The notes: a model not told the origin generated them from the sequence alone. Positions 38,037 through 46,599 are shown, numbered from the stretch's first letter. The stretch: 64,000 bases of DNA from Opitutales bacterium (GCA_016933595.1 JAFGAQ010000042.1:9715-73714), one strand, 5' to 3'. Program-made: numbers and translations.

Positions 38037-40838
38037 ATGAAAACTTCGCTGAAGCAGACTTTTGTATCTTTCGGGATTCTCTTTTTGTTGGTCTTGCAGG
38101 GCTGGGCCAGGCCGGTTGATTTGGAACAAGCGCGGGCTCTCGGGCAAAGGTTTCTGTCCCAATATCATCGGCCCGAGCATGCGGTGCAGTCGGACTCGAG
38201 TGACTTGAAGCTTACCTTGGTGTCAGGCGTGAAGGGACTTGACCGCTCCGATTCCGGGCATCCCGAATTGTATTTGTTTCTAGCGGATGGTGGCGGTTTT
38301 GTGATCGTCGCGGGCGACGATGTGGCATGTCCTATTCTGGGATACTCGGGTGATAGTCGCTTGGATCCTGACAATCCCGGTCCTGCTTTTCTATTCTGGA
38401 TTGAGAGTTTGAGCCGGCAGATCCGGCAGGCGATGGATTCCGGTGTTGAGTCTGAACCGGTTACTTTGGCTGAGTGGCAAGCTCTGGCAAATGGGGGTCC
38501 TCTCGAACCGCATGATGCCGATTCGGTTGCTCCCTTGTTGCGCACGAAATGGGGCCAGTTTCCTTATTACAATGAATTGTGCCCTTACGATGAGTCCAGA
38601 GGGGAGCATGCGGTTACCGGGTGCGTTGCAACGGCGATGGCTCAGATCCTGAAGCATTGGGATCATCCCCGGTCAGGGGTTGGTTCCTCCCGTTACCGCC
38701 ACCCCGACTACGGAACCCTTTCTGCCGACTATGGATCGACGGTCTATCAATGGAATCAGATGCCGAATCAATTGGGATCGGGTAGTTCGTCCGCTCAACT
38801 ATCGGCAGTTGCCACGCTCATGTCGCATTGCGGAGTGAGTGTTCAGATGGGCTACGGAGTCGATGGAAGTGGCATCAGTGATATCCGGATGGTTGTGGAT
38901 GCTTTGACCCGGTATTTCGATTATGCCGGCTCAGTTGCTCAGGTCAAAAAGAAGGAGTCCAGTGACTCTCTCTGGAAAGCGGCGCTCCGTAGTGAGCTGT
39001 CCGCTGGAAGGCCGGTCTTCTACGTAGGGTATAGTCCCGATGGTGATGAGGGCCACGCATGGGTGTGTGATGGATATGACCGCAATGGCCTTTTCCATAT
39101 GAACTGGGGTTGGGATGGCAGTGCGGATGGTCATTATGCGCTCACGGCATTGACGGCTGCCGGATCGGATTTCTCTGAAGATCAGCTGGCGATTATCGGA
39201 ATCGTCCCCAACGGGAGTGCTTCCACAGCCGAACTGGAGCTTTCGGAGGCTGTTTCAGTCTCAGCAAATCCAATTGCGGTGGGTGCGCCGTTCTCGGTCC
39301 GGGCAAATGTCAGGAATGCTGGCAATGCCGCATTTTCCGGATGGGTGACGGTGGGGATATTCGATATCTCGAACAACTATGTTGAGCAGGTCGCTCAAGC
39401 CCAACAGATCAATGGATTGGCTCCCGCTGCTTCTGTTGCCGGTGGATTGACGTTCTCGACGAACGGACTGGCTGAACTCAAGGCGGGAAGCTATACTCTG
39501 AAGGTCATGTTCAATCGTGCAGGAACGGAAGACTGGTTTCTTGCCGGAGGAGAGCGGTTTGCCAATGGATTGGCATTGACCGTTCAGTCGGGCGCATCGG
39601 ATCTTGAGTTGTATGCTCCCCTCACGGTGGGTTTGGATTCGGTGTTGGTGCAGAATACTCCGTTTGAGGTTTCCTTTAACGTTTTCAACAATGGCAGCAG
39701 TGCGTTCTCAGGTGATCTTGATGTGGATTTTTATGATTTGGACGGGTCCTGGCGATCGGATGTGGGTGTGATATATCATCGCGATGTGAATTCCCTCGCC
39801 GCTGGTTACCGGTATCAGAATAACATGTCGACTACTGTTTCGGGTGTTGATTTGGACACCGGCGAATACCTGGTTGCCGTGACCCACAAGCAACAGGGAT
39901 CGAGTGATTGGTCACTCACGGGTGCTGGTTCCTATAGCAACCCTGTTCGCGTATGGGTTCAGGCTGGGCCGGACCGGTATGAACCGAATGACGATGATGT
40001 GACGGTTCTACCTGTCTCGTTTTCCGGTAACTCCGCAAGGATCAAGACCGAGCGTGCGAGTATTCACCATGAGGAGGATTGGGACTTCTATGGCATTGAA
40101 TTGCCTGCTGGCTTCGATTATCGGGTCGATGCCAGAGTTCACGATTCATGGCGTGCCGGGGATGGAACGGCGTATACGGCGGATGTCCTTTGGGTCATGG
40201 TGGGCTCCGACGATTACTCCGGTGTGTTTGATGATGTGATGGACGCCCCCCATATTCTGGCGAATGGTGGTGTGGTGGTTTTTGGAGTCGCCGGATGGGG
40301 AGCCAATGTCGGTAGTTATTCGCTGGAGGTGGCGATTAACCGGCTTGCGCGTGGAGCGGGGGCAGGCACCGATGCGAGAGCCTATTCGATTCCACTTTAC
40401 CGTTTCCACCGCAGCGATAACAACAGTCACTTTTTTACCGCCAACATAAACGAAAGGGATTATCTGATCGCGAATACCGCCAATGGCGTTTGGACCTACG
40501 AGGGTCCATCGCACCGTGTGTTGCACACGCAGGTCCAGCATTCAACACCGGTTTACCGCCTCTACAACAGCCGTGCGGGTAGTCATTTTTACTCAGCATC
40601 GCTATCGGAGATCGCTTCAATCCAGCAGACGATGGGATCATGGTTTACGGTTGAAGGGGTCGCTTTCTTTGCGCTTGCGGGGCCGGTGGATGGGGCGCTT
40701 CCGGTGTATCGTTTCTATTCGCCCGGTACGGCGTCTCATTTCTTCACGATCAGCGAGGCGGAGAAACGTCAGATTATCGCTACGATTCCTCCATCTCAAC
40801 TCCGGTATGAGGGAATCGCTTGGTATGCCTTCCCCTGA
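38037..40838 (+). CDS. secreted multidomain cysteine peptidase, family C10 (streptopain/SpeB-like) with propeptide, two CARDB-like repeats, PPC-like domain and three C-terminal DUF5648-type repeats
   Basis: Signal 'MKTSLKQTFVSFGILFLLVLQGWA', propeptide-like 'GGFVIVAGDDVACPILGYS', catalytic Cys 'AVTGCVATAMAQILKHWDHP' and catalytic His 'EGHAWVCDGYD'. Two roughly 115-aa repeats ('VRNAGNAAFSGWVTVGIFD', 'VFNNGSSAFSGDLDVDFYD'). 'RYEPNDDD...' is PPC-like. Three repeats 'YRFHRSDNNSHFFT', 'YRLYNSRAGSHFYS' and 'YRFYSPGTASHFFT'. Confidence 0.85.
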   Translation: MKTSLKQTFVSFGILFLLVLQGWARPVDLEQARALGQRFLSQYHRPEHAVQSDSSDLKLTLVSGVKGLDRSDSGHPELYLFLADGGGFVIVAGDDVACPILGYSGDSRLDPDNPGPAFLFWIESLSRQIRQAMDSGVESEPVTLAEWQALANGGPLEPHDADSVAPLLRTKWGQFPYYNELCPYDESRGEHAVTGCVATAMAQILKHWDHPRSGVGSSRYRHPDYGTLSADYGSTVYQWNQMPNQLGSGSSSAQLSAVATLMSHCGVSVQMGYGVDGSGISDIRMVVDALTRYFDYAGSVAQVKKKESSDSLWKAALRSELSAGRPVFYVGYSPDGDEGHAWVCDGYDRNGLFHMNWGWDGSADGHYALTALTAAGSDFSEDQLAIIGIVPNGSASTAELELSEAVSVSANPIAVGAPFSVRANVRNAGNAAFSGWVTVGIFDISNNYVEQVAQAQQINGLAPAASVAGGLTFSTNGLAELKAGSYTLKVMFNRAGTEDWFLAGGERFANGLALTVQSGASDLELYAPLTVGLDSVLVQNTPFEVSFNVFNNGSSAFSGDLDVDFYDLDGSWRSDVGVIYHRDVNSLAAGYRYQNNMSTTVSGVDLDTGEYLVAVTHKQQGSSDWSLTGAGSYSNPVRVWVQAGPDRYEPNDDDVTVLPVSFSGNSARIKTERASIHHEEDWDFYGIELPAGFDYRVDARVHDSWRAGDGTAYTADVLWVMVGSDDYSGVFDDVMDAPHILANGGVVVFGVAGWGANVGSYSLEVAINRLARGAGAGTDARAYSIPLYRFHRSDNNSHFFTANINERDYLIANTANGVWTYEGPSHRVLHTQVQHSTPVYRLYNSRAGSHFYSASLSEIASIQQTMGSWFTVEGVAFFALAGPVDGALPVYRFYSPGTASHFFTISEAEKRQIIATIPPSQLRYEGIAWYAFP

Positions 40839-40882
40839 TGGGCTCTTTCAGAAGTCCTATCAAAACGGTGGAAAATGCTGCG

Positions 40883-41191
40883 TTATTCCCATCCCAGGGT
40901 TTCGCGGGCGGAGGGACTGAGCATTTCGGGATGCCATGGCGGATCCCAAACCAGCGCGACCTCGGCACGCGAAATCCCGGGAACCGATTCAGCCGCAGAT
41001 TGGACCCCTTCCAATAAGACCTGCCCGGCCGGACAACTGACCGAGGTCAGGGTCATGGCTATTTGGGCAACCCCATCGTTGACCTTTATTCCGTAGATCA
41101 GCCCGAGATCCATCAGGTTGATTCCGAACTCCGGGTCGTGAACATGGTAGAGTGCTTCCGATACAGCGATCTCAAGGTTTTCAGTTGTCAT
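40883..41191 (-). CDS. DUF59 / MIP18-family protein (Fe-S cluster assembly-associated, SufT/PaaD-like)
   Basis: 'VSEALYHVHDPEFGINLMDLGLIYGIKV...AQIAMTLTSVSCPAGQVLLEGV' is the classical DUF59 pattern with the conserved Cys. Its ATG (41191) overlaps the upstream TGA (ATGA at 41188-41191). Confidence 0.8.
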   Translation of the reverse strand: MTTENLEIAVSEALYHVHDPEFGINLMDLGLIYGIKVNDGVAQIAMTLTSVSCPAGQVLLEGVQSAAESVPGISRAEVALVWDPPWHPEMLSPSARETLGWE

Positions 41192-42516
41192 GGTGTCCGA
41201 GGGTGGATCAGGTGAAGGGCAATCTGGATCGCATTTGCAAAATAGCAAAGGGATCCGACCGCAAAAATGATTGTGCCTACAGTGGCCAGGACTTGGAAGC
41301 TACTGGCGATTGCAAAGATGCATACCATGATGCCGATTGTGTGGAGCAGCATCCATGACCATTCCAACTGACGGGAAGACAGCTCGGTGGCGAGTGGCAC
41401 TTTTTGTTTCCCGATCCGGCCTCCATAGGCTTTCATCCAGACGAGGAAAGGCAGAATTTTGCAGAGCATCCCGAGAATCGCCAGGCTCAATGCGAGCGCG
41501 ACGCCCATTGCAAAATACACGCGGGCGATGATGGGATCGTTCGCCAGATCCGGTTGCGTGCGGACGGCATAGCCTCCAATGATCGCGGTAGCCGCAAGCG
41601 CCAGCATTCCCCAGACGAAGCTTTTGATTCCGGGTTCGAGGCGTCTGCGTTTTCTTGATCCAAGTGTTGCCAGGAAAGCGTGCCCCGAAAACGCAATCGC
41701 GAGAACAAGCAAGAGTCCTCCTGTCAGCAGCAATGGCTTCCAGTTCCACGCCATAGCGGGAATGAGGAGCACCAGTCCGGTTTGGGAAAGCATCAAACCA
41801 GTGCGGATGCTGTCCGGTTTTTGCAATTGTCCCATAGTGAACATCGGAACAAGCTGAAAGGTGGAGCCTTGCAGGAGGGTCAGAAAAAAACCGATGAGAC
41901 CCATATGTGCGTGAACCGAGAGTAGTTGGGTTGCTGGAAGGGGAAACAGGGTCCATTGCCGGTTCAGGGCCAGCAAGGTTCCAAACACCACGGTCGCAAA
42001 TAGCCAGTAACCGGCGAGCAGGAAGGTCCAGGCCACCGCATCCCTGCGATTCGATCGGGAAAATGTGGTCTCACAAGTGATCATGAAGATCATCACCCCC
42101 AGCGACACCAGTATCCCCCCGATCGCGGCCAGCGGATAGTCTCCATGGGCGAATCCCGCCACAAGAGTCAAGCTGCCGATCACGTGAATGGAGAGATGTC
42201 CCCAAAGCCATCCGGAGCGCACTGCGAGATCGGTCCCCAGCACCACCGGCATGAGTTGATAGACTGCTCCGAAGCAGATGCTCAGGAGAAATCCAGGCAA
42301 CCATGCGTGAACCAGCGCAACTACGCGCGGTAGCAGAGCTGGAGAAATCAAGAGGTCGGGCGACGCTGCGACCCAGATCGACGATGCTGTGCCTGCAAGG
42401 AGACCCCAGAAGACGAATCCAATCGGAATCCATCCTCCCCCCGTGAGGGCCACCATTCCGGCTCGTGCTGGTGAAGCTCCACCCTTATTTGGAGATGATG
42501 TTAAGCCAGCTGCCAT
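41188..42516 (-). CDS. 12-TM integral membrane protein with partial heme-copper-oxidase subunit I-like signature (function unknown; NnrS-like is an alternative)
   Basis: I predict about 12 hydrophobic helices by eye. 'VALVHAWLPGFLLSICFGAVYQLMPVVLG' resembles HCO helix II plus loop. 'SVHAHMGLIGFFLTLLQGSTFQLVP' resembles the cbb3/NOR helix VI region '..GHNAVGFFLT......P'. There is no HH pair and no later HxH. The start is ambiguous: TTG 42537, ATG 42516 or ATG 42456. Confidence 0.6.
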   Translation of the reverse strand: MAAGLTSSPNKGGASPARAGMVALTGGGWIPIGFVFWGLLAGTASSIWVAASPDLLISPALLPRVVALVHAWLPGFLLSICFGAVYQLMPVVLGTDLAVRSGWLWGHLSIHVIGSLTLVAGFAHGDYPLAAIGGILVSLGVMIFMITCETTFSRSNRRDAVAWTFLLAGYWLFATVVFGTLLALNRQWTLFPLPATQLLSVHAHMGLIGFFLTLLQGSTFQLVPMFTMGQLQKPDSIRTGLMLSQTGLVLLIPAMAWNWKPLLLTGGLLLVLAIAFSGHAFLATLGSRKRRRLEPGIKSFVWGMLALAATAIIGGYAVRTQPDLANDPIIARVYFAMGVALALSLAILGMLCKILPFLVWMKAYGGRIGKQKVPLATELSSRQLEWSWMLLHTIGIMVCIFAIASSFQVLATVGTIIFAVGSLCYFANAIQIALHLIHPRTP

Positions 42517-43000
42517 CGTGTTGTTCGAAGCTTTCAAATGAAACGCCCCGGGCTAAAAGCTCGTTTTGCAGGTGCATGGGACGGCGGTCAGTCGTGGCGT
42601 GCAACTCGCAATCCGGATGCAGGGTTTCCAATGCCTCGATAATGCGCATCATCGGAACCGGGGGCTCATGTCCTCGCACATCCAGTTCCCGGATTTGCTT
42701 GGGCTGATCATCGTTATCATCGACGCTTTCATCCCCTGAACAGCACGAAAATGCCACTTCTGATGAACTGTTTCCGGTTTTCGTGATCCGGATTTCCACA
42801 TTGTCCGGTCCCTCCTTAAGGTATTCCCATTTGTGGGCTCCCGGATAGAGGCGTTCGAACTGCATCCGCAAGGGGGCCGGATCGAATCCGTTCACCAGCA
42901 CGAAGGATTCACCCTTTTTGAGTTCACTCCACTGTTGGAAAATGGTCGACAGTTTGGATTCGCAGGGAAGCTTGGAAACATCGAGTCGATTGGGATTCAT
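42485..43000 (-). CDS. tandem DUF2249-domain protein
   Basis: Domain 1 is 'LDVSKLPCESKLSTIFQQWSELKKGESFVLVNGFDPAPLRMQFERLYPGAHKWEYLKEGPDNVEIRITK'. Domain 2 is 'ELDVRGHEPPVPMMRIIEALETLHPDCELHATTDRRPMHLQNELLARGVSFESFEQHDGSWLNII' (TusA-like fold pattern without the CP Cys). The acidic linker carries 'FSCCSGDESVDDNDD'. Confidence 0.75.
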   Translation of the reverse strand: MNPNRLDVSKLPCESKLSTIFQQWSELKKGESFVLVNGFDPAPLRMQFERLYPGAHKWEYLKEGPDNVEIRITKTGNSSSEVAFSCCSGDESVDDNDDQPKQIRELDVRGHEPPVPMMRIIEALETLHPDCELHATTDRRPMHLQNELLARGVSFESFEQHDGSWLNIISK

Positions 43001-43018
43001 ATGGATGTATGGTTTGGA

Positions 43019-43408
43019 TCAGGACAATTGGATGGTGCCGCTTGGTTTTGAAAGCGGGATGAGTGCCGGCTCGGAGCCCAGGGTCAGTAACATCGTGAAA
43101 GTGCCAAACGATGCTTTTACGGCGTGGAGGTGATCCGGGGGCATGTGAAGGAAGGCTCCGGCCTCGAGTGTGTGCCATGCTTCAGCGAAGTAGAATTCGC
43201 AGGAGCCCTCAACGATTTGGACCAGTGCCCTTCGTCGACTGGTGTGCGGGGTGAGTTCCTGTCCTTCGGCAAAGGTAAACAGCACCACCCGCAGTTCGGG
43301 GCTTTGCAGCAAGGTCCGGCTAACAATACCGGCGGTGGATGCCTGAACCGCTTCGCCTATCATGAGGGATTCGGCTTTTGTTGCGTCTATTAGGGTGTGT
43401 TTGCTCAT
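43019..43408 (-). CDS. cupin-domain protein
   Basis: 'VVLFTFAEGQELTPHTSRRRALVQIVEG' is cupin motif 1 with only one His. 'LEAGAFLHMPPDHLHAVKA' is motif 2. I chose the ATG at 43408 (MSKHTLID...). Confidence 0.7.
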   Translation of the reverse strand: MSKHTLIDATKAESLMIGEAVQASTAGIVSRTLLQSPELRVVLFTFAEGQELTPHTSRRRALVQIVEGSCEFYFAEAWHTLEAGAFLHMPPDHLHAVKASFGTFTMLLTLGSEPALIPLSKPSGTIQLS

Positions 43409-43566
43409 CCCCGCATTATCGCATGCTTCCCAACGCAATGTATTGATCCACATCAAGGAGAAGATGTTTTTTCCAGCTGACCGCCATTTGGGGGGAGGAT
43501 CCCGGATGAATCGTGTTTGAAAATGCACATTGACCGTTTGCGCTTTGTTGAGCTAGGGATTGAGCC

Positions 43567-44658
43567 ATGACAGATTCGTCCATCCAGCACCTGCAGCTTG
43601 AGGAGTTCCATAAGGCACGTGGCGCCCGTTTTGTGCCATTTGCCGGTTGGCAAATGCCGGTGCAGTATTCGAGCATCATACAGGAGCACATGACCGTCCG
43701 GAAGCGTGCGGGTCTATTTGATGTTTCCCACATGGGTGAGGTCCGTGTAGCGGGAAAGGATGCGTTGCGGTATCTGAATCATTTGCTCACGAATGCGTTT
43801 GATTCGTTGCAGGCCGGACGCTCCCGCTACGCGCTGATGTGCTATTCGGATGGCGGGGTGGTGGATGATCTCATTGTGTATCGGCTGGAGGGCAATGAGT
43901 ATTTGGTCTGTGTGAACGCTTCCAACCGTGTGAAGGACGTGGCTTGGATGCAGGAACACGCGTCCAGCTTTGAAGTGGAGGTGGAAGACCAGTCGGATCG
44001 CTGGGGCTTACTTGCATTGCAGGGGCCGGACAGCGAAGGTTTCCTGCAAGGGATTGTGCATGCGCCGCTCACCGGGTTGAAACGATTCGCCCATTTGCGG
44101 GCTTCGCTTGCCGGGGTGGAATGCATTATCTCGCGCACGGGATACACGGGAGGAGATGGATTCGAGATATACTTTGACGCGTCCTCCGGATTGGATGTGA
44201 TCTGTGCAATCGATGCCCGGGCGGAGGTTTTGACCATTCCGGATTTCTATTGCGGACTGGGTTGCCGCGATAGCCTGCGGCTGGAGGCTGGATTGCCTCT
44301 GTATGGTCACGAAATCAGCGAATCCATTGATCCGATTACAGCGGGTTTGGAATGGGCAGTGAAGTTGGGCAAAGCAAACGGGTTTATCGGGTCGGATGCT
44401 TTGGCCAAGCGAAAGGCCGCTGGTTTGCGCGAGCGCGTTGTTTATTACACGCTCGATGACCGGAGAATTGCCCGTGAGGGAGACAAAGTATTCCAGAGTG
44501 AGCAGGAGGTTGGGCGGGTGTTGGCTGGGAGCTATTCTCCGGTATCAGGGAAAGCGATCGGATCCGCACTGGTCGGGGTGGACGCAGTCCGCTCAGGATC
44601 GTTGCAGGTCAACCTTCGGGGGAATCCGGTCCGGCTTGTTCCCAATAGTTTGTTGTAG
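43567..44658 (+). CDS. gcvT: glycine cleavage system aminomethyltransferase (T protein)
   Basis: 'HKARGARFVPFAGWQMPVQYSSIIQEHMTVRKRAGLFDVSHMGE', 'YTGGDGFEIY' and 'GLGCRDSLRLEAGLPLYGHE' are classical GcvT motifs. Confidence 0.95.
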   Translation: MTDSSIQHLQLEEFHKARGARFVPFAGWQMPVQYSSIIQEHMTVRKRAGLFDVSHMGEVRVAGKDALRYLNHLLTNAFDSLQAGRSRYALMCYSDGGVVDDLIVYRLEGNEYLVCVNASNRVKDVAWMQEHASSFEVEVEDQSDRWGLLALQGPDSEGFLQGIVHAPLTGLKRFAHLRASLAGVECIISRTGYTGGDGFEIYFDASSGLDVICAIDARAEVLTIPDFYCGLGCRDSLRLEAGLPLYGHEISESIDPITAGLEWAVKLGKANGFIGSDALAKRKAAGLRERVVYYTLDDRRIAREGDKVFQSEQEVGRVLAGSYSPVSGKAIGSALVGVDAVRSGSLQVNLRGNPVRLVPNSLL

Positions 44659-44718
44659 GGGCTATCGCCGTTGATTCCATTTTTCCGGATGAAAAGGATT
44701 GGATCCGGCGTCGTTCGA

Positions 44719-46599
44719 TCAGAAGGAGGCTTCGGTTTCGACCCCACTCGCCGTGCCGGCTTCGATGGCGTTTTGGGCCTCCTGATAACGCATGAATCGC
44801 TCGAATCCTGAATCGCCGAGGTGCCGTTTAAGGATCGCTGGATCGGTTAGGGTCAGGTCAACCAGAATCAGACCATCAATGACGTTGCTGAATCCGGGAT
44901 CCCGGTTAAAGCTGAGCATTAAGCCATTAAGTTTGAGGTAATGCTTGAGGAGAATGGGAATCCCTTTCCGGTCGGACTCGATTTCCGATATCAGGGCGGA
45001 GATGTCGTTGATGTCTTTTGGACTGTCGCTTTCCGATTCCGTAAAAAAATGTTTGAGTTTGCGCGCCCTGTGGGGTTTCCGGGCCTTTACCATCTTCGAA
45101 AACTCGGGATGCAGGTTATTGTCCTTCAGGAATTGGACGATCAAATCTTTGGAGAGCGCATTGTATTCCGCTGTGATGCTGACGGGACCAAAAAGATAGG
45201 AGTATCTCGGATTGCGGGCCACGTATTCGCCGATTCCTCTCCAGATCAGACTGAGCGAGGCGTGTTTGCGTTGGTACTCCGATCGGATGAAGGATCGGCC
45301 GAGCTCGATTGCCGGGTTCAGTTCTTCAAGCAGCTCCGGTTTGAGTTTGAACAACGTGGTGGTGTATAGGCCATTCTTGCCACGTTCGCCGAGGATTTCG
45401 TCAGTCAGTCCCATGCGATAGGCTCCCATGACTTCGCGGGACTCGTGGTTCCACATGAAAATGTGGTAGTAGTGATCGTCAAAGGTATCCAGATCGCATG
45501 AGCTGCCGGTCCCTTCTCCCACTTCGCGGAACGTGACCTCCCGGAGGCGTCCGATCTCGCGCATGATGTTGGGGATCTGGGGGCGCTTGGCCAGGTAGAC
45601 GCTGAAAGAGCTGTGTTTTGCCAGCTCCGCATCGGCGGGCAATGCCATTAATTCCTGTTCAAGCTTTTCGACCGGAACCGGAGGGATGATCGCTTTGTAT
45701 GCTGGCTTGGGTAAACGGATCCGCTTGGGAAAGCGTTTGATTTTGCGGGTGTCCGGGTCGGGTCGGTTTTTCAGGATGTAGGTGTGCAGCCTAAGGAATT
45801 GTGTCAGCTCTTCATCCGTTTCATATCGCTGGATCTTGCCGCTGGAGATCGGGCTGCCGATTTTGACTCCGATTTGTGCATTCTTCTTCCGGATCATTTC
45901 CCTCGGGAGCATGATGGTGCGCATCCTGGGGTGCAGCATGCCCATGGTTTGAAAGAGCAGCGAATTCCGGCCTGGGAAATACATGGGAAGAACGGTTGCA
46001 CCCGAATTCCGGATAATGCTTGCAATATGGGTTTTCCACGCGGGGTCCACGACTCTCATGCGATCAATCATGAAGTGGGATACTTCGCCGGATGGAAAGG
46101 TTCCGACGCATCCATCACTTTTAAGCCATCGCAAGGTTTGCTTGATTGAGTGCAGATTGCCCCGTGTCGCTTCTTTTCCACCAAAAACATTCACCGGAAA
46201 GACATAGTCCCCCATGTTCCGAACCCGAAGCAGCATTTCATTGACCAACATGCGGGAGTCCGGTCTCGCCTGCGTGAGGATCGCGCCCATGATCAAGCCG
46301 TCAATTGCGCCATAAGCATGGTTGGCTACTACAAAGAGCGGGCCTGTTTTGGGGATCCGATCCAAATCCTCTTCGGATACTTCATATTCCACACCGAGTT
46401 CACGCAGGCATGCAACCCAGAGATTGGTTTCAGCACCTTCCGTTGCGTCCATCCTGGCGCATATCCGGGTGTAGATGTCATTGAGTCCTTCGATTTTCAT
46501 CCATGACTTGACGAAGGGCAGCATGGGTTTCAACCAGGGTTTCCATTTCGGGCTGGCATCGACGGCAGCATCGAGGTCGACAAGCTTGGGTGTGGTCAT
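44719..46599 (-). CDS. bifunctional acyltransferase, OlsF-like (N-terminal PlsC-type O-acyltransferase + C-terminal OlsB-like GNAT N-acyltransferase); probable aminolipid synthase
   Basis: The N-terminal half has the HX4D motif 'VVANHAYGAIDG' and 'GTFPSGEVS'. The C-terminal half has 'LREVTFREVGEGTGSSCDLDTFDDHYYHIFMWNHESREVMGAYRM' and 'IELGRSFIRSEYQRK', typical of OlsB/hemolysin-like N-acyltransferases. Confidence 0.7.
   Translation of the reverse strand: MTTPKLVDLDAAVDASPKWKPWLKPMLPFVKSWMKIEGLNDIYTRICARMDATEGAETNLWVACLRELGVEYEVSEEDLDRIPKTGPLFVVANHAYGAIDGLIMGAILTQARPDSRMLVNEMLLRVRNMGDYVFPVNVFGGKEATRGNLHSIKQTLRWLKSDGCVGTFPSGEVSHFMIDRMRVVDPAWKTHIASIIRNSGATVLPMYFPGRNSLLFQTMGMLHPRMRTIMLPREMIRKKNAQIGVKIGSPISSGKIQRYETDEELTQFLRLHTYILKNRPDPDTRKIKRFPKRIRLPKPAYKAIIPPVPVEKLEQELMALPADAELAKHSSFSVYLAKRPQIPNIMREIGRLREVTFREVGEGTGSSCDLDTFDDHYYHIFMWNHESREVMGAYRMGLTDEILGERGKNGLYTTTLFKLKPELLEELNPAIELGRSFIRSEYQRKHASLSLIWRGIGEYVARNPRYSYLFGPVSITAEYNALSKDLIVQFLKDNNLHPEFSKMVKARKPHRARKLKHFFTESESDSPKDINDISALISEIESDRKGIPILLKHYLKLNGLMLSFNRDPGFSNVIDGLILVDLTLTDPAILKRHLGDSGFERFMRYQEAQNAIEAGTASGVETEASF

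Noticed and set aside
43409-43566. Checked for a glycine riboswitch upstream of gcvT
   Set aside because: The 158-nt spacer lacks the conserved GGAGAG...CACCG...GGGGCAA-type elements. It more likely holds only divergent promoters for gcvT and the cupin operon.
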